Source: Chiloscyllium plagiosum | Lineage: Eukaryota | NCBI RefSeq assembly: GCF_004010195.1 | Contig: NC_057735.1 | Location: 27,832,930 to 27,896,929, forward strand | Reading direction: 5' to 3' | DNA: 64,000 nucleotides | Shown: positions 62,055 through 64,000 of the stretch, piece after piece | Layout of the letters: each line of letters starts with the position of its first letter | Numbering within the stretch: the first letter of the stretch is position 1 | Position numbers and translations under genes: made by a program | Notes under the pieces: model-generated | The model's database searches: none | Told to the model about the DNA's origin: nothing | What the model saw: the letters and a program-made list of their open reading frames with translations, nothing else

Positions 62055-62200
62055 GTTAGTTGGTGAAGATTCTGAAACATCAGTGACTTCAGTGGATCAA
62101 GTGATCTGTCTTGAATCCACTCGTCCACAGATGAATTTATATTGTCGCCTTCGTCATGCTGTTTATACTATTCTTCACAGAATGTTAATCTTTATATTGG
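62055..62200 (+). CDS. LEMD2: LEMD2 exon 6 (gene continues beyond the window)
   Basis: 146 nt, LVGEDSETSVTSVDQVICLESTRPQMNLYCRLRHAVYTILHRMLIFIL versus human [35 protein letters not shown]; |GTAAGT. Confidence 0.93.
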
Positions 62201-62827
62201 GTAAGTCATTGATACTGTTAATATATCTATAACTTGATATACTGCTTTAGATTTGAAAATAATCAGCCACAGAGTAATTGATTTTTCCTTAGGGCAAGGC
62301 CAGTGATAGATTTGGTAACAATTCTTAGAAAGATAATTGTTGAAATAAATTGTCAAGAACAGCGCTCATGGTAATTTCTAACAAGAAACTAGCAGAAGTC
62401 ACTCGCTGAATTTAAATCTCATTTTTATTGCATTATGGGTTTGATATGTGGGAAAATGTGATATATCTTTTATAATTTTGTTATTTGTAGAAGATTATCT
62501 TCTGAATTGCTCAAATTATTTAATATTAACAATGTCCCAAGTACTTTAATACTTGAAACTAAAAAATTATCTTCTGTTATTCATTAGAATAAATATATTA
62601 TTCTATCAAGTTATTTTACTTATACAATTTGATTAGTGGAGCAAAATACTCACATCATAATGCTGTAAAATGTTTGCATTTTAGCAAAAAAACTGGTAAT
62701 CTAAATAATTAGTAAGTTTCTCACATGAGGTTACTAAAACTGATCATATCCAGGTTCAGATGTCAGATGACCTTTTCAACTTGCTATCAGAACACAGTTG
62801 TGTTAACGTTGCAGCAGACATTATGCA

Positions 62828-64000
62828 GTCATAGAGATGTACAGCATGGAAACAGACCCATCAGTCCAACTCGTCCATGCGATCAGATATCCCAACCCAA
62901 TCTAGTCTCACCTGCCAGCACCCAGCCCATATCCCACCAAACCCTTCCTATTCATATACCCATCCAAATGCCTCTTAAATGTTGCAATTGTACCAGCCTC
63001 CACCACTTCTTCTGGCAGCTCATTCCATACATGTACCACCCTCTGAGTGAAAAAGTTGCCTCGTAGGTCTCTTTTATATCTTAACCCTCTCACCCTAAAC
63101 CTATGCCCTTTAGTTCTGGACTCCCCGACCCCAGGGAAAAGACTTTGCCTATTTACCCTATCCATGCCCCTCATCATTTTGTAAACCTCTATAAGGTCAC
63201 CCCTCAGCATCCGACGCTCCAGGGAAAACAGCCCCAGCCTGTTCAGCATCTCCCTTTCGCTCAAAACCTCCAACCCTGGCAAAATCCGTGTAAATCTTTT
63301 CTGAACCCTTTCAAGTTTCACAACATCTTTCCAATAGGAAGGAGACCCGAATTGCATGCAATATTCCAACGGTGGCCTAACGAATGTCCTGTACAGCTGC
63401 AATATGACCTCCCAACTCCTGTACTCAATACTCTGACCAATAAAGGAAAGCATACCAAACGCCTTCTTCACTATCCTATCTACCTGTGACTCCACTTTCA
63501 AGGAACTATGAACCTACACTCCAAGGTCTCTTTGTTCAGCAACATTCCCTAGGATCTTACCATTAAGTGTATAAGTCCTGCTAAGATTTGCTTTCCCAAA
63601 ATGCAGCACCTCGCATTTATCTGAATTAAACTCCATCTGCCACCTCTCAACCCATTGGCCCATCTGGTCAAGATCCTGTTTTAATCTGAGGTAACCCTCT
63701 TCGCTATCCACTTTTGGTGTCATCTGCAAACTTACTAAATGTACCTCTTATGCTCGCATCCGAATCATTTATGTAAATGACAAGAATTAGAGGACCCAGC
63801 ACCGATCCTTGTGACACTCCACTGGTCACAGGCCTCCAGTTTGAAAAACAACCCTCCACCACCACCCTCTGTCTTCTACTTTTGAGCCAGTTCTGTATCC
63901 AAATGGCTAGTTCTCCCTGTATTCCATGAGGTCTAATCTTGCTAATCAGTCTCCCATGGGGAACCTTGTCAAATGCCTTACTGAAGTACATAAAGATCAC
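62828..64000 (-). mobile_element. Young HER1/CR1 LINE, running off the window end
   Basis: FSKAFDKVPHGRL...GSVLGP...KFADD; closely similar to the plus-strand copy at 44966-46015. Confidence 0.93.

Noticed and set aside
42244-62200. Calling the LEM gene LEMD3/MAN1 or emerin
   Set aside because: The LPVDC...K, FECG and CLES..P.M...CRL exons and the MLN linkage fit LEMD2

Overview
This is eukaryotic genomic DNA from a cartilaginous fish. The HE1 SINE and HER1/CR1 LINE content points to a shark, probably a carpet or bamboo shark (inference). Three spliced genes can be reconstructed from GT-AG sites and recalled protein similarity: the first two coding exons of C6orf89 (minus strand), a complete 112-aa prepromotilin gene (MLN, plus strand, with TATA box and polyA signal), and exons 1-6 of LEMD2 (plus strand, continuing past the window end). 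The rest is mostly CR1/HER1, L2-like and Rex1/Babar LINEs, tRNA-derived SINEs, a Tigger-like MITE and many Penelope-like element pieces; there are two assembly gaps. Five observations stand out. (1) At least four families of short, often palindromic Penelope-derived insertions carry minimal hammerhead ribozyme cores, and several have 13-14 bp target-site duplications. (2) The motilin looks like a motilin/ghrelin mosaic. (3) A roughly 24-copy, 12-aa Ser/Tyr repeat expands the LEMD2 low-complexity domain. (4) LEMD2 intron 5 holds a perfect 121-bp inverted duplication. (5) Inverted LINE pairs bracket a 420-nt in-frame LEMD2 exon block and motilin exon 4. Repeat boundaries are approximate, and protein comparisons are from memory rather than database searches.
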